A DNA stretch of 64,000 bases from Candidatus Aenigmatarchaeota archaeon. Its GTDB lineage: Archaea; Aenigmatarchaeota; Aenigmatarchaeia; GW2011-AR5. The position numbers and the translations under genes are program-made. This document shows, one piece after another, positions 17,408 to 27,737 of this stretch; positions within the stretch are counted from its first letter, which is position 1, and every line of letters begins with the position of its first letter. The notes under the pieces are model-generated. The model had not been told where the DNA came from, did no database searches, and saw only the letters and a list, made by a program, of their open reading frames with translations. The stretch is taken from positions 736,001 through 800,000 of the forward strand of contig JACPJW010000001.1 of assembly GCA_016187335.1 (NCBI GenBank), written 5' to 3'.

Positions 17408-18301
17408 TCATTCTTCATAACGCTTTAATCTGTTTGTCATTTCTTTTTTGCTTCCTGATGCCTTCTTGCCGATAAAAACAAGCCTCGTTCTTTCTTCCTT
17501 GCTGAATTTTTCAAGGCTCCACCTGCCGGCGACGAAGTTGAACAAATAAGTGCCGTCAAAAAATTTAACAAAGCCCTTTGCCCTGTAAATGCCCTCAGGT
17601 ATGCTGCCAGAGAAATTTTCAAAATCGTCGCGGCGCATGACAGCTTCGCTTTCGTAAACGAAATACTCCATGTTGTCCAGATGCTCGCGGTGATCTTTTT
17701 TTCCCAAGGCCCTTTCAAAGCTGACGCCAAAAAGAAGCCGCGTGTTTATGTTTCCTTTAACCGCATGGAAAATTATTGCCTTCTGGTTGATGTCTTTCAC
17801 GGTTTCTTCTACGCTTTCAAGGTCATCGTCGGAGACAAGGTCTTTCTTGTTCAGGATGATTATGTCGGCCATCTCTATCTGGGCAACGCCGGTATGCCCG
17901 ATGTTCGGGTAGCGTATTATTGCGTCGCAGTCAACGACGGTTATTATTGAATCAAGCCTCACCACAGGTATGTTTTCTTCTATGTCAAAAGCCAGGGCAT
18001 CCGGCTCCGCTACGCCCGTTGTTTCCACAACAATCAGGTCCGGGTTCACTTTTTCAATGATTTCCTTCACCGCGGCTTCAAACTCGCCTACAAGCGAGCA
18101 GCAGACGCAGCCGCCAGCAAGCTCCACCATGTTTATGTTCTCGCCCTTTATCACTTTGCTATCAATTGCTATTTCCCCGAACTCGTTCATTAGTATTGCT
18201 ATCTTATTGTCCGCCTGATCTATGATTTTCTGCAGCAGCGTCGTCTTGCCCGCGCCGAGGTAGCCGGTGATGATGGATATGGGGGTTTTCATGGTAATCA
18301 C
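17408..18301 (-). CDS. COG0523/CobW-family metal-binding GTPase
   Basis: GYLGAGKT, NEFGE, GGCVCC, ETTG, RAKG. Confidence 0.95.
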   Translation of the reverse strand: MITMKTPISIITGYLGAGKTTLLQKIIDQADNKIAILMNEFGEIAIDSKVIKGENINMVELAGGCVCCSLVGEFEAAVKEIIEKVNPDLIVVETTGVAEPDALAFDIEENIPVVRLDSIITVVDCDAIIRYPNIGHTGVAQIEMADIIILNKKDLVSDDDLESVEETVKDINQKAIIFHAVKGNINTRLLFGVSFERALGKKDHREHLDNMEYFVYESEAVMRRDDFENFSGSIPEGIYRAKGFVKFFDGTYLFNFVAGRWSLEKFSKEERTRLVFIGKKASGSKKEMTNRLKRYEE

Positions 18302-18310
18302 AAAAGCAGA

Positions 18311-18817
18311 TTATTTCATTTTTTCAATCGCATTCAAAACTTCCCTGTACATGTCCGCAGACAAGTAAAACCCGAAGCCGACCATCCTGTCAAGATAGTT
18401 TACCGTTTCCTTTTTTGAAATTATTTTTTTCTCAAGAAGTCTCAGAAGCATGTAAATCGAGCCGTGGCTCTCTATTCCCTGCGCTTCGGCTATACTGCTT
18501 GCATGAAGCTCGTCTATGATTGCTGTTGATTCCGTTTCCTTTGACAGGGCAAGAACTTCCCTGTCAGCCTTGCTCAGGAACGGTATATCCCTTGCAGCGG
18601 TCTTGGGTTTTCTGACAGCAAAAAGCTTCTTTTTTATCAGTTCATCAATATACTTTGCTTCAGGCTCTTTTCTTTCAAAACCCTTTACTACAACCTCTTT
18701 ATAGACGCTGTCAGGAATGAATTTTCTCCCTTCCAGCTTTGCTACCTTGTCCAGTATCCGCAATTTCCCCAGATAAATCAGGCTGGAGGAATCAAATACG
18801 TAGCTCATTTCGAACAC
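18311..18817 (-). CDS. PIN-like DUF3368 protein (putative toxin)
   Basis: VFDSSSLIYL, VYKEVV, IIDE, GSIYML. Confidence 0.8.
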   Translation of the reverse strand: MFEMSYVFDSSSLIYLGKLRILDKVAKLEGRKFIPDSVYKEVVVKGFERKEPEAKYIDELIKKKLFAVRKPKTAARDIPFLSKADREVLALSKETESTAIIDELHASSIAEAQGIESHGSIYMLLRLLEKKIISKKETVNYLDRMVGFGFYLSADMYREVLNAIEKMK

Positions 18818-18850
18818 TTTAGTGTTTGAAAGAAATGCTTACAGAGCATT

Positions 18851-19150
18851 TCATTTAAAGTCCTCTAGGTCCTTTTCTACTATCCTGTCTTTTATCCAAG
18901 GGGTTTTAGAGTCCTTTATCTTTGCAACAAACGACCATACATCCATGCCGGCAATCTCCGCGGCCTTGGAAACGGTGGCCCTGCCTTCTGCCAGCAGTTT
19001 CAGGGCGTACTCCTCCCTCCATTCCTGCAGGGACTTGATAAGAAGCTTTCTGACAGCCGTGGATTTCTCCAGGTGCTCCGTTTTCATGTAGTCTTCCAGC
19101 TCTTTCTCCAGCTCTTCGGGAATCCTCGCCGATATGGGAACTTCTGTCAT
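18851..19150 (-). CDS. UPF0175-family RHH antitoxin
   Basis: ISARIP..EL, KSTAVRKL, TVSKAAEIAGM; directly upstream of DUF3368. Confidence 0.8.
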   Translation of the reverse strand: MTEVPISARIPEELEKELEDYMKTEHLEKSTAVRKLLIKSLQEWREEYALKLLAEGRATVSKAAEIAGMDVWSFVAKIKDSKTPWIKDRIVEKDLEDFK

Positions 19151-19182
19151 GTGTATACTATGTATACAAATACTTATAAAGT

Positions 19183-19563
19183 TTACGATGACCTGAATTT
19201 CTTTGCTGTTTCTTCCGTTGCCGCAGCCATGATGAAATCGTTCTGGCTCAAGCCTGCTATAGAATGCGTCGTCCACGTAACCGTCACACGGCCGTAGCTC
19301 AGCGCGATGTCAGGGTGATGGTCCTGCTTCTCCGCTTCCTTCCACAAAGCATGAACAAAGTCCGCGCCTTTCATTGATGAATTGAAGCGGAAAGATTTTT
19401 CCAGTGCAAGTTCTGTCCTGCCTTTTACATTGACCTGGGAAATTTTCCATCCACGCAGTTGCTTTGAATGCTCTCTTAATTTCTTTTCCGCTTCTTTTCT
19501 GCTCATCGGCTGCACGCCGCCCTCGCACGGGACGCATCTCTGCCTAGAAAGATTTGATTCCAT
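19183..19563 (-). CDS. pterin-4a-carbinolamine dehydratase
   Basis: CVPCEGG, AEKQDHHPDI, THSIAGLSQNDFIMAA. Confidence 0.9.
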   Translation of the reverse strand: MESNLSRQRCVPCEGGVQPMSRKEAEKKLREHSKQLRGWKISQVNVKGRTELALEKSFRFNSSMKGADFVHALWKEAEKQDHHPDIALSYGRVTVTWTTHSIAGLSQNDFIMAAATEETAKKFRSS

Positions 19564-19612
19564 AAGAAGAAATAGCGGGAAAGAATTTTTAAAGGGAAGG
19601 TTTTCGTTCTGA

Positions 19613-20290
19613 TTAAAAATTCTTTTCCTTCTCAATCATGCCGTCCCTCAGGAAAATGCCGCGGTCGGCCATTTTTCCCAGATCCTGTTCGTGCGTTATC
19701 AGCACCACGGTCTGCTTTGATTCTTCATTTAGCTTCCTGAAAATGCTTATGACGTTTGCAGCTGACTTTGAGTCCAATGAAGCCGTGGGCTCGTCAGCCA
19801 GCAGCAATTCCGGGCTGTTTATCAAAGCGCGGGCGATGCCTACGCGCTGCTGCTCGCCGCCTGAAAGCTGGTGCGGATAATTGTTCAGCCTTTCGCCAAG
19901 GCCGAGGCTCATCAGGATTTCCTTCGCGCTGCTCCTGTAATCGTCATGGTTTTTTTCGCTCATCATCTTTGGCAGCAATACGTTTTCCAGTGCAGTCAGC
20001 TCGGGAAGCAGCGAGTAAAACTGGAAGACGAACCCTATTTCCTTCAGCCTGAAAGAAGTCCGCTCCTCGTCGCTGAGCTTCGCCACTTCCGTGTCTTTTA
20101 TCAGCACAGTTCCCTTTGTCTGCGTGTCAAGGACGCCGATAAGGTGGAGCATCGTGCTTTTTCCCGAGCCCGACGGGCCCATTATGGATACAAAATCGCC
20201 CTTTGCGATTTTCAGGTCTATTCCCTTCAGCGCATGTATGGACGAGCCGCCCATCGGATATATTTTGTGAACGTTTCTGAGTTTTATCAT
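19613..20290 (-). CDS. ABC transporter ATP-binding protein (LolD/FtsE-like)
   Basis: [23 protein letters not shown]. Confidence 0.96.
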   Translation of the reverse strand: MIKLRNVHKIYPMGGSSIHALKGIDLKIAKGDFVSIMGPSGSGKSTMLHLIGVLDTQTKGTVLIKDTEVAKLSDEERTSFRLKEIGFVFQFYSLLPELTALENVLLPKMMSEKNHDDYRSSAKEILMSLGLGERLNNYPHQLSGGEQQRVGIARALINSPELLLADEPTASLDSKSAANVISIFRKLNEESKQTVVLITHEQDLGKMADRGIFLRDGMIEKEKNF

Positions 20291-20317
20291 TGCTTGTCAA
20301 CCTGTTTACTTACCGGC

Positions 20318-21565
20318 CTATTCCACGACCCTTATGTTCTCCAGGATATCCTGCCTTGATGCCATCCTTGCGGGGATGTAGCCCGCGACCACTGACGACA
20401 CGATGAGCACCAGCAGCGACGACACAGCGGTTTCCGGCAGCAGCAGCGGCCTCAGGTTTCCTATCGCAAGATGAAGCGGGTTCGCGTTAAGATAAAATAT
20501 GAATGAGTAGACAATAACAAGCCCGATAACAGCGCCTGCTATGCCGAATATGAGCGACTCAAAAAGGAATACCTGCATTATCTGGTTCTTCTGCATGCCT
20601 ATTGCCTTGAGCACGCCGATTATGCGCTTTTTCCGCGATGTATTGATGAAAACAACGATGCCGATGGTTGACATCACGATTATGACCCCGACAATGGTTG
20701 TGACTAGGATTACCACGCCGAAAGTCTGGTTGATGCCCTCCGTGAACGCTGAGGCTTCTTCCCATGTCCTTATGTCCGCGTCAGCTATGCCCAATTCCAG
20801 TATAAGGTTCTTGTAGTAATCCGCCCTGTTCCTGTCGTCCAGCCTGACGCGGATTGATGATGCCTTGCCTTCAAGCCCCAGGATTTTTTGCACCTCTTTC
20901 TTGTTCATGTAAATCGTCTGGGATACAAAGCCGAAACCCTCGCTGCTCACGATTCCCTTGACCTTGTATTCCTTTTCAACCCCGTTCGGGAACCTTATCT
21001 TCACTTTCTGCCCTATCTCAACGCCCCCTAGGCCCTCGACAACGCGGCCGAATGACGTTTCTTTCCCTATGGTGTCCTCGATTTTCTTGCCCGCTATTAT
21101 GTTCCCGATAACGATGTCGTCTGTGTCGCTGTCTTCAAGATATTCTCCCTTTACGACTTTCTGGTGTATTGTGGTTACTTCCATATCGTCCGAGGGCGTT
21201 ATTGCCTCTATTCTTGAGCCCATTTCCCTGCCCTGGAATGAAACGGTGCCGGCAAGGCTGACGGTGCCGGAAGACTTGACGACGCCCGGTATGAGGTCTA
21301 TCTTCTTTCTCGTGCTCGACTCAAAATTAAGATAAGTCTTGCCGGATTCCACTGACGGTTGTATTATGATGTGGGAAGTCCCCGTGTTTATGATTTCGCT
21401 CTGGAAGGTGTCGCTGAGCCCGTTAAGGAACGCCGGAAAGAACGTCAGGTTGATGTAAGAAAACGCAAGCAGCGATATTACGAGCAGCACTATCCTCCTG
21501 TCCCTTGCGATATCCTTCAGCGCCAGAAAAAATATCGTTCTCAAAGCCATCACCGTTGCAAGCAA
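20318..21565 (-). CDS. ABC transporter permease (MacB/FtsX family)
   Basis: 4 TM layout with large periplasmic domain, IGVLKAIG, ESL. Confidence 0.92.
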   Translation of the reverse strand: MLATVMALRTIFFLALKDIARDRRIVLLVISLLAFSYINLTFFPAFLNGLSDTFQSEIINTGTSHIIIQPSVESGKTYLNFESSTRKKIDLIPGVVKSSGTVSLAGTVSFQGREMGSRIEAITPSDDMEVTTIHQKVVKGEYLEDSDTDDIVIGNIIAGKKIEDTIGKETSFGRVVEGLGGVEIGQKVKIRFPNGVEKEYKVKGIVSSEGFGFVSQTIYMNKKEVQKILGLEGKASSIRVRLDDRNRADYYKNLILELGIADADIRTWEEASAFTEGINQTFGVVILVTTIVGVIIVMSTIGIVVFINTSRKKRIIGVLKAIGMQKNQIMQVFLFESLIFGIAGAVIGLVIVYSFIFYLNANPLHLAIGNLRPLLLPETAVSSLLVLIVSSVVAGYIPARMASRQDILENIRVVE

Positions 21566-21613
21566 ATCAAAAGTTCAGTGTTCCGAAATCACGAACCTTG
21601 TGCAGCGAAGCAA

Positions 21614-22771
21614 TTAACTGACCGACCCTTTGCCTTTCTGGAATGGCGCCAGAATTCTTTTCCTGAAAAAGACAAGCCCTCCGATGATCAGGAGGGCGAG
21701 AATTATGCCCAGCGGAGAACTTCCTGCACCAACATTCACGCCAAACTTGTCGCTCAGCTGGTGAGTCCCCGTGTCGTCCTTGTAGAAGACGTTGATGTCG
21801 CACGTGAACGTGCCGCTGCTGGGAGATGTCATCTCAAAAAGAACAGGGGCGTCCTCGTCTTTTTTCAGCTGGCCCAGGAACGATTTTTTCTCTGCGAAAG
21901 GACATTTCATCTCGGCAGAAATAAAATCGGCGTCCCCCGGCCCGACGTTTTTCAGCCTCGCGATAACGGTGAAAGGCTGGCCGGCTGACACGGCAGCCGC
22001 CCCCGTGCTTGAGGCGACTTTTACTGTTTGTATGTTTATGTTTCCCTTGCTCACCACCTTGACGCCTAAGTTTTGGGTGCTGTTCAGGGTGTTTCCCTGC
22101 TCGTCAAGGTAAGAAATTTTCACAGGAATTGAATAAGATGTCGCTTCCAGCGACGAAGCCACGACGAAATCAAACGCAGCCTGCTTTGTTTCGTTGGGAT
22201 TCAAAGTGTCCAGCGTCTTGATTGAGCCTCCTATGACAACGAAAGAGGGCGAATCAGGCTGTATCTTTATCTGCCCCGCGCGGCCGCTGCCTACGTTCGT
22301 GATGTCCAGGACAACGGAAAACTGGGAGTCGGGGGTTATGTTGCTCAGCCCTTCAGTGCTTGTTGAAAAGATGATGCTCGGCTTTCCCTGGACTTTCACG
22401 TCAATCCTTTCCCTTATTTGCGCGTTGTCCGCGAATGCCTTCACAAAAACCGGGTACGTGCCTGAGACTGCTCCGGAATCCAAGGAAAGAAAATAAGTGT
22501 TTTTCTTGCTGCAGCTGCCGCACAGGTTGACCCTGCTCAGGTCGCTGGTTGACGACTTCAGGATAAACGGGTATCCCGATTCCAGCACAACAGAGAAATC
22601 TCCCGTGTCCGATGACAACCTGTTGTAAAGCGTTATATCGATGGTCAAATCCCTGCCAGGCTCCACCGGCTGCGGGTTTACCTTCTCGACAAGGATTGTC
22701 GGCAGGGTTGCTGCGAAGGCTGCGCCGGCAAAAATCAAAAGCATAGAGACAAGTATGATTGTTTTTCTCAT
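21614..22771 (-). CDS. COG1361 S-layer-domain protein
   Basis: Signal peptide, PQPVEPG, repeated Ig-like NVG motifs, C-terminal TM anchor; usual partner of this ABC type. Confidence 0.85.
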   Translation of the reverse strand: MRKTIILVSMLLIFAGAAFAATLPTILVEKVNPQPVEPGRDLTIDITLYNRLSSDTGDFSVVLESGYPFILKSSTSDLSRVNLCGSCSKKNTYFLSLDSGAVSGTYPVFVKAFADNAQIRERIDVKVQGKPSIIFSTSTEGLSNITPDSQFSVVLDITNVGSGRAGQIKIQPDSPSFVVIGGSIKTLDTLNPNETKQAAFDFVVASSLEATSYSIPVKISYLDEQGNTLNSTQNLGVKVVSKGNINIQTVKVASSTGAAAVSAGQPFTVIARLKNVGPGDADFISAEMKCPFAEKKSFLGQLKKDEDAPVLFEMTSPSSGTFTCDINVFYKDDTGTHQLSDKFGVNVGAGSSPLGIILALLIIGGLVFFRKRILAPFQKGKGSVS

Positions 22772-22773
22772 GA

Positions 22774-23007
22774 TTAATCCCTCTTTTTGAAAAGCTCGCC
22801 TATGCCCGTCTTTGAAGCGAGCTTTGTCACTATGTTCGGCTTTATCAGCACAATGCCCCAGCCGCCCATGCCTTCACCGCTGAGCACAAGCAGCTTCTCG
22901 CCTTTCTTTACACCGTAATCCTTCCGCAGCTTCGCGGGCAGCACTATCTGCCCTCGCTCGCCGACTGTCGTGCTGCCGTAGTATTCCTTCAGGACTCCTC
23001 TGACCAT
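22774..23007 (-). CDS. AbrB/MazE/SpoVT-family regulator
   Basis: YYGSTTVGERGQIVLPAKLR. Confidence 0.88.
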   Translation of the reverse strand: MVRGVLKEYYGSTTVGERGQIVLPAKLRKDYGVKKGEKLLVLSGEGMGGWGIVLIKPNIVTKLASKTGIGELFKKRD

Positions 23008-23138
23008 AGAAACCAAAGCATTATAGGGAAGCAAAACTTTAAATCCGAATCATTCAAATCATACTTTTCATACTTTGATCCAAAATAATCCGACGCATGC
23101 AGATCAGAAGATTTTATAAATTTTGCCGAAGGCTCCGT

Positions 23139-23477
23139 CTAATGGACGGTTCCTATAAATGAAACAAATATTGTAGCTCGCTCATTAAGATCTCTTCTGT
23201 CTGTTGGTCTCATTCCACATCCATACTCTATATCAACAGAATAGCCAAAAAGAACTTTATTTGAATTATTAATTCCACAACCAACACAATTAAAACCGCA
23301 GCCATCACTAATATCTTTTTGGCTTTCTTGAAATGCTTCAACAACTCTCTTTTCTGCATAAATCTTTGTAATCCATGGAGACCAAGCTATCAAAATTAAA
23401 ACAGATAATGCAATAATTAGGATTATAATATTTGGTTCTGTAAACTCTTCGGTTGGTATTAAAGTGCCAAAAAACAA
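23139..23477 (-). CDS. hypothetical membrane-anchored protein
   Basis: AT-rich ORF with TM segment and Cys cluster. Confidence 0.55.
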   Translation of the reverse strand: MFFGTLIPTEEFTEPNIIILIIALSVLILIAWSPWITKIYAEKRVVEAFQESQKDISDGCGFNCVGCGINNSNKVLFGYSVDIEYGCGMRPTDRRDLNERATIFVSFIGTVH

Positions 23478-23486
23478 TAAAAATAC

Positions 23487-24065
23487 ATGAAATCTCTGAA
23501 AATAGACGATTTAAGCCGAACAGAAGCACGAAAACTCATTATGAAACTACCGAGAAACAAGGCATTTGTTACAGATGTTCTGAAAGACAGAATAAAAATC
23601 TATTTTACAACTGATGGTGAGAAACAGAGCAAGAAAAATGGAAAAAACCTGAAAGGTCATTTTGACATAAAAATACATTTTGAAGGAGAACCTAAAAGAA
23701 AGTTCAGTTACATTAATGATATATTTATCGATTTAATCAAAAATGAGCATATCTTGAGTAAAGAAGAAAGTGAAATTTTTCTAAAAGCCCTAAAAGATTC
23801 AATAGAGCTAGTTTCCTTAAAAGAAATATACAAAAAATATCCAGAGCTGAACGAAATTGAAAAAAAGAAATCTGGTCATTCAATTGAATTCTTATTGGCA
23901 ATTCTGAAAATCCTTGCACTACAGGAAGATGTAAATTATTGGGGTATAAACCCGAAAACCAAAAAGAAATATGAAGGCAGAGAAAAACCTTATAATGCTT
24001 TGTATGATTTGCTTGTAAAGAAAATGCCTTTAACCCACGTCACAAGAAAACACATGCTCTATTAA
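23487..24065 (+). CDS. hypothetical protein, candidate type II restriction endonuclease
   Basis: Convergent with and overlapping the MTase by 4 bp; no recognised family. Confidence 0.45.
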   Translation: MKSLKIDDLSRTEARKLIMKLPRNKAFVTDVLKDRIKIYFTTDGEKQSKKNGKNLKGHFDIKIHFEGEPKRKFSYINDIFIDLIKNEHILSKEESEIFLKALKDSIELVSLKEIYKKYPELNEIEKKKSGHSIEFLLAILKILALQEDVNYWGINPKTKKKYEGREKPYNALYDLLVKKMPLTHVTRKHMLY

Positions 24066-24826
24066 ACAAATACTTCTAATGGCTTGATTTTTGACAATCG
24101 CTGTTTGCCGATATCTACATATTTTGGATTTATGTCTATGCCAATTGAATTTCTGTTTAGTTCTTTAGACGCTACGCAAGTTGAAAAGCTACCAGCAAAT
24201 GGATCCAAAACTGTATCTCCTTCATTACTACTCGCCTTTATGAAGATTTTTAGCAAAGACACGGGTATTTGGCACGGATGAGGCGTTTTATCTTTGCTCA
24301 CATTCTTCACAAGGTTAAACTGAAATACATCATAGGGAGTTCTACCATTACTGCCATTTTTTAGTCTTTCCTGTATGCGTCTATCGTTTGGATTTTTGTA
24401 AGGTTCTGCTACATCTTTTCTATTGAATTTGTTATTTTTAGTTTTGGCAAAAAACAAAATAGAATGTTGTGTTCTTGTAAAATTAGATTTTGAATGACCT
24501 GTGTTGGTAGGATAGTGCCATGTCATCCATCTTTTGAAAACCATGTGTTTTTGAAGAAAAGGTAATATGTAAGCGTTGTTTTCTGGATAATTAAACAGAT
24601 ATAAACTACCATCTTTTTTCAGTAATCTCATACATTCAGTAAGCCACAATTTACACCATTCAATATACTCATCAAATTTTTTCTTGTCCTTATAAACACC
24701 GCCATAGTCTTTGCCAATATTGAAAGGCGGATCTGTTATAATCAAATCTATGGATTCAGAAGACATTTTCTTCATTATTTCTAAAGAATCTCCAACAATG
24801 CACTTATGTTCTGTTTTCATAACCAC
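24062..24826 (-). CDS. site-specific DNA methyltransferase (N4/N6, beta class)
   Basis: Motif IV DPPF precedes motif I DPFAGS; HPCQIP. Confidence 0.93.
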   Translation of the reverse strand: MVMKTEHKCIVGDSLEIMKKMSSESIDLIITDPPFNIGKDYGGVYKDKKKFDEYIEWCKLWLTECMRLLKKDGSLYLFNYPENNAYILPFLQKHMVFKRWMTWHYPTNTGHSKSNFTRTQHSILFFAKTKNNKFNRKDVAEPYKNPNDRRIQERLKNGSNGRTPYDVFQFNLVKNVSKDKTPHPCQIPVSLLKIFIKASSNEGDTVLDPFAGSFSTCVASKELNRNSIGIDINPKYVDIGKQRLSKIKPLEVFV

Positions 24827-24829
24827 ACC

Positions 24830-24964
24830 TTACTTCTTTACATAATTGGCAATAAAATCTTCAAGAACTTCGGTAGCAGTTTTCTTTTTTTCCATACACT
24901 TTATTCGGAACTTATGCCACAAATCCCCATTAACATTCAGGCTTATTTTCTTTGCCCTGTCCAT
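24830..24964 (-). CDS. small ribbon-helix-helix protein (not in ORF track)
   Basis: MDRAKKISLNVNGDLWHKFRIKCMEKKKTATEVLEDFIANYVKK; SD GGTGA; directly upstream of the MTase. Confidence 0.7.
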   Translation of the reverse strand: MDRAKKISLNVNGDLWHKFRIKCMEKKKTATEVLEDFIANYVKK

Positions 24965-25010
24965 GTAATCACCTATACTCCTATATGTATAGATACTTTT
25001 AAATAGTTTA

Positions 25011-25030
25011 TCCTATATAGATATATAGGA
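25011..25030. promoter_or_regulatory. palindromic operator between divergent RHH and transposase genes
   Basis: TCCTATATA-GA-TATATAGGA perfect 9-bp arms. Confidence 0.55.
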
Positions 25031-25047
25031 ATAAAGGAGATGTTGAC

Positions 25048-25950
25048 ATGAAAACTAAAACAAAACGTGGCTATAAAGACCTTTCATATTTCAAGCCAAA
25101 AGAATGTCCGTTTTGCCAAGCCAAAGAAGTAATAAAATGGGGTTTCAGATACAACCACATAACGAAGAAAAGGCGTTACAAATGCAACAAATGTAAGAAG
25201 CTCTTTGTAGTTGATGACGGCTTCTGGAAAAGGAAAAAGCAGAGAGAGTTCATAGCGCAGTGCATAGACCTTTATGTTAATGGCATGTCGCTACGCAAGG
25301 TCAAAACACACATAGAGCAGTTTTCAGAAACTACGATAAGTCATACAACTATAGCAAGATGGCTTAGGAATTATGCAATTCTTGTAAAGGATTTCACGGA
25401 TAAACTGCCGATAGAAACAAGCGGTATCTATCATGCAGATGAGATTTTTGTTAAATGCAACGGGGAAGAAAACTATTATTGGGATGTGATAGACGCACAT
25501 ACACGCTTTCTTGTGGCTACACACTATTCAGATAATAGAAACTCTCAAAATGCCAAAATTCTATTCTTGAAAGCAAAGGGCAGAGCCAATCTGCCTAACA
25601 TAATCTATACGGATGGTTGGAGAGCATATCAAAAGGCGTTCAGAAAAGTATTCTGGAATCGCTACAAAGAAAACAAAGTGGATTTCATACGCATAATCGA
25701 AAAAGAGGACACAAGAAACAACATAGTGGAAAGGATACAGGGAACTATCAGAGAAAGGATTAAGGTCATGCGTGGATTCAAAAATCCAGAATCCGCTAAG
25801 GCACTTCTTGACTTGCTGATAGTTTACTACAATTTTATCCGAATACATCAAGGCATACGAATGACGCCTGCGGAGATGTGTGGAGTAAATCTTAATCTTG
25901 GACAGAATAAGTGGTTGGGATTGATTTATAGAAGTAAAAACAAGTTCTAA
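25048..25950 (+). mobile_element. IS6/IS240-like DDE transposase with N-terminal zinc ribbon
   Basis: CPFC..CNKC; HADE, YTDG, NNIVER (D-D-E); RGFK. Confidence 0.85.
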
Positions 25951-26900
25951 GCTTTTGGTGGCAAATTATTTAAGATTCCTGAATCTACAGGTGTTGCTAT
26001 TCCTACTCCACTCTGTATGTTTTGATTCATAGCATTAATTATATTATTTTGAGTTTGGAGCACTAATTGAAATTCATAAGATATGTTACTTGGAATATTT
26101 GCTGTTTGTATACCTGCAAGATTTTCTCGTCCATTAATAATTCCTATGACTTTTCCACTATTCACTAAAAATACAGGACTTCCACTATTCCCACTATTTA
26201 CAAAGGAATTTACTGTTATAGTCGGTTTGTTGTTTCTAAGACCTTTGAACGATATTATTCCTTCATGTGTTACTTGTGCTGATGAAAAAAATGGATAACC
26301 TATAAATGCTACATTTGAACCTACATCATAAGAATCACTTGTGCCTAATTCTACAGGTGTAAGATTATAATTAACTTTTATTATTGCCATATCCAAGTCT
26401 TCATTTCCAAAAAATATATTTGAAGTAATAATTTGAGCAGATAATTTTGTTGAATTGCTTAAAACAACAAGAATTGTAGGAGAATTTTCTATTACATGTT
26501 TTGCTGTTAATATGTAACCATCAGAACGGATTACAAATCCTGCTCCACCACTTCCCCATACATTACCATTATTATCAACATATAATTCTGTTGTCTGAAT
26601 AAAATTAGCTTTATTAGAAGGAGTAATAGGAACTAAAATTTCAACTACAGAATCACGAAGAGTGTATATAGTCTGCGTTAATCCCTTATTATCGTAAAGT
26701 TGGTCAATTTTATAATTTATGTTAGAAAGTTGTTGAGTCAGATTTACATTAGAAGTACTAATTTGTTGGCTTAATCCAAAACCCACAACACCAACAACAA
26801 CAATCGTAATTATGGTAGAGATGACGAGCATCTTCTTGTCCATGTCTAAATCTTGATTTTTGCGATATTTAAACTCTGTAAAAAACCTTTTTGGCAACAT
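25947..26900 (-). CDS. trypsin-like serine protease (S1C), membrane anchored
   Basis: ILTAKHV, DMAIIK, GNSGSP. Confidence 0.9.
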   Translation of the reverse strand: MLPKRFFTEFKYRKNQDLDMDKKMLVISTIITIVVVGVVGFGLSQQISTSNVNLTQQLSNINYKIDQLYDNKGLTQTIYTLRDSVVEILVPITPSNKANFIQTTELYVDNNGNVWGSGGAGFVIRSDGYILTAKHVIENSPTILVVLSNSTKLSAQIITSNIFFGNEDLDMAIIKVNYNLTPVELGTSDSYDVGSNVAFIGYPFFSSAQVTHEGIISFKGLRNNKPTITVNSFVNSGNSGSPVFLVNSGKVIGIINGRENLAGIQTANIPSNISYEFQLVLQTQNNIINAMNQNIQSGVGIATPVDSGILNNLPPKA

Positions 26901-27055
26901 TTTTTATCGCCTTTTAAAAAGGTGGACAATTAAATACCAACCGAAGACGTTACAGAACCTAATATTTTTTATTTTCATAAACTACAATAACACATTATCA
27001 TGTAAAATCTTTTTAAGCCCTGAAATTTTATTATTCAAATAGGTTGGCAAGATTT

Positions 27056-27457
27056 TTACCAGTTGCATTTTCTGTTTATTCCATCACAAAAATAAGTTAG
27101 GCCGTCAAATGTTATATTCTCTTGGTTTTGACACATTATTTTAACATTTTCATCATTACAGGGATAGTTACAACCAATCTCTCTACTTTCAAAATTTTCT
27201 GTTTCAGTATAAGGTACTCCGAAGCATCTCTTTTCTCCAGTAGGAATACCAAAACAAATATCACTATAACCACAATCTGAACAATTTGTGTGTATGAATC
27301 TATACTTCATTCCAAAACAAGACTGTTCATAATAATGTAAACCATGGGGAGGACACACAGGACCACATAAAATACCTCCAATATTTCTTGGAAAGAAGAA
27401 TCCTATTAAAGCGATTATAATGATTCCAATTATCAAAAGCAAATATTTTCCATGCAT
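27056..27457 (-). CDS. Cys-rich secreted hypothetical protein
   Basis: Signal/TM helix followed by many Cys. Confidence 0.6.
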   Translation of the reverse strand: MHGKYLLLIIGIIIIALIGFFFPRNIGGILCGPVCPPHGLHYYEQSCFGMKYRFIHTNCSDCGYSDICFGIPTGEKRCFGVPYTETENFESREIGCNYPCNDENVKIMCQNQENITFDGLTYFCDGINRKCNW

Positions 27458-27609
27458 AAATAACAGTAGAATTGAGCTTTATTTAAACATATTGAAAACT
27501 TTTGGTTTTCGCCTAATAGAGAGCTGGATCTCGGTTGGACTTAACAAACATTATGAGAACTTTCAAGAATTTAGGTCGAGAGCCTGCAAGGCTCGAGCCG
27601 TATAAGCCC

Positions 27610-27693
27610 TGTTAAGTGAGGCGAGGACGAAGTCCGAGAGTGCAAAGCCCCAAGGATTTACAAAGTAAATCCGCAGAGTTATTTTAGTGGTGC
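27610..27693. repeat. left inverted repeat (interrupted) of the ARH cassette
   Basis: TGTTAAGTGA (27610-27619) and TTATTTTAGTGGTGC (27679-27693), split by a 59-nt hairpin-rich insert. Confidence 0.7.
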
Positions 27694-27737
27694 AAATCAA
27701 TAAAGGTTTATATATCGGTGTATTCTTCTACTATATA

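Noticed and set aside
19151-19276. N-terminal extension of the UPF0175 ORF
   Set aside because: Overlaps the upstream gene and promoter region; ATG 19150 gives a family-sized protein.
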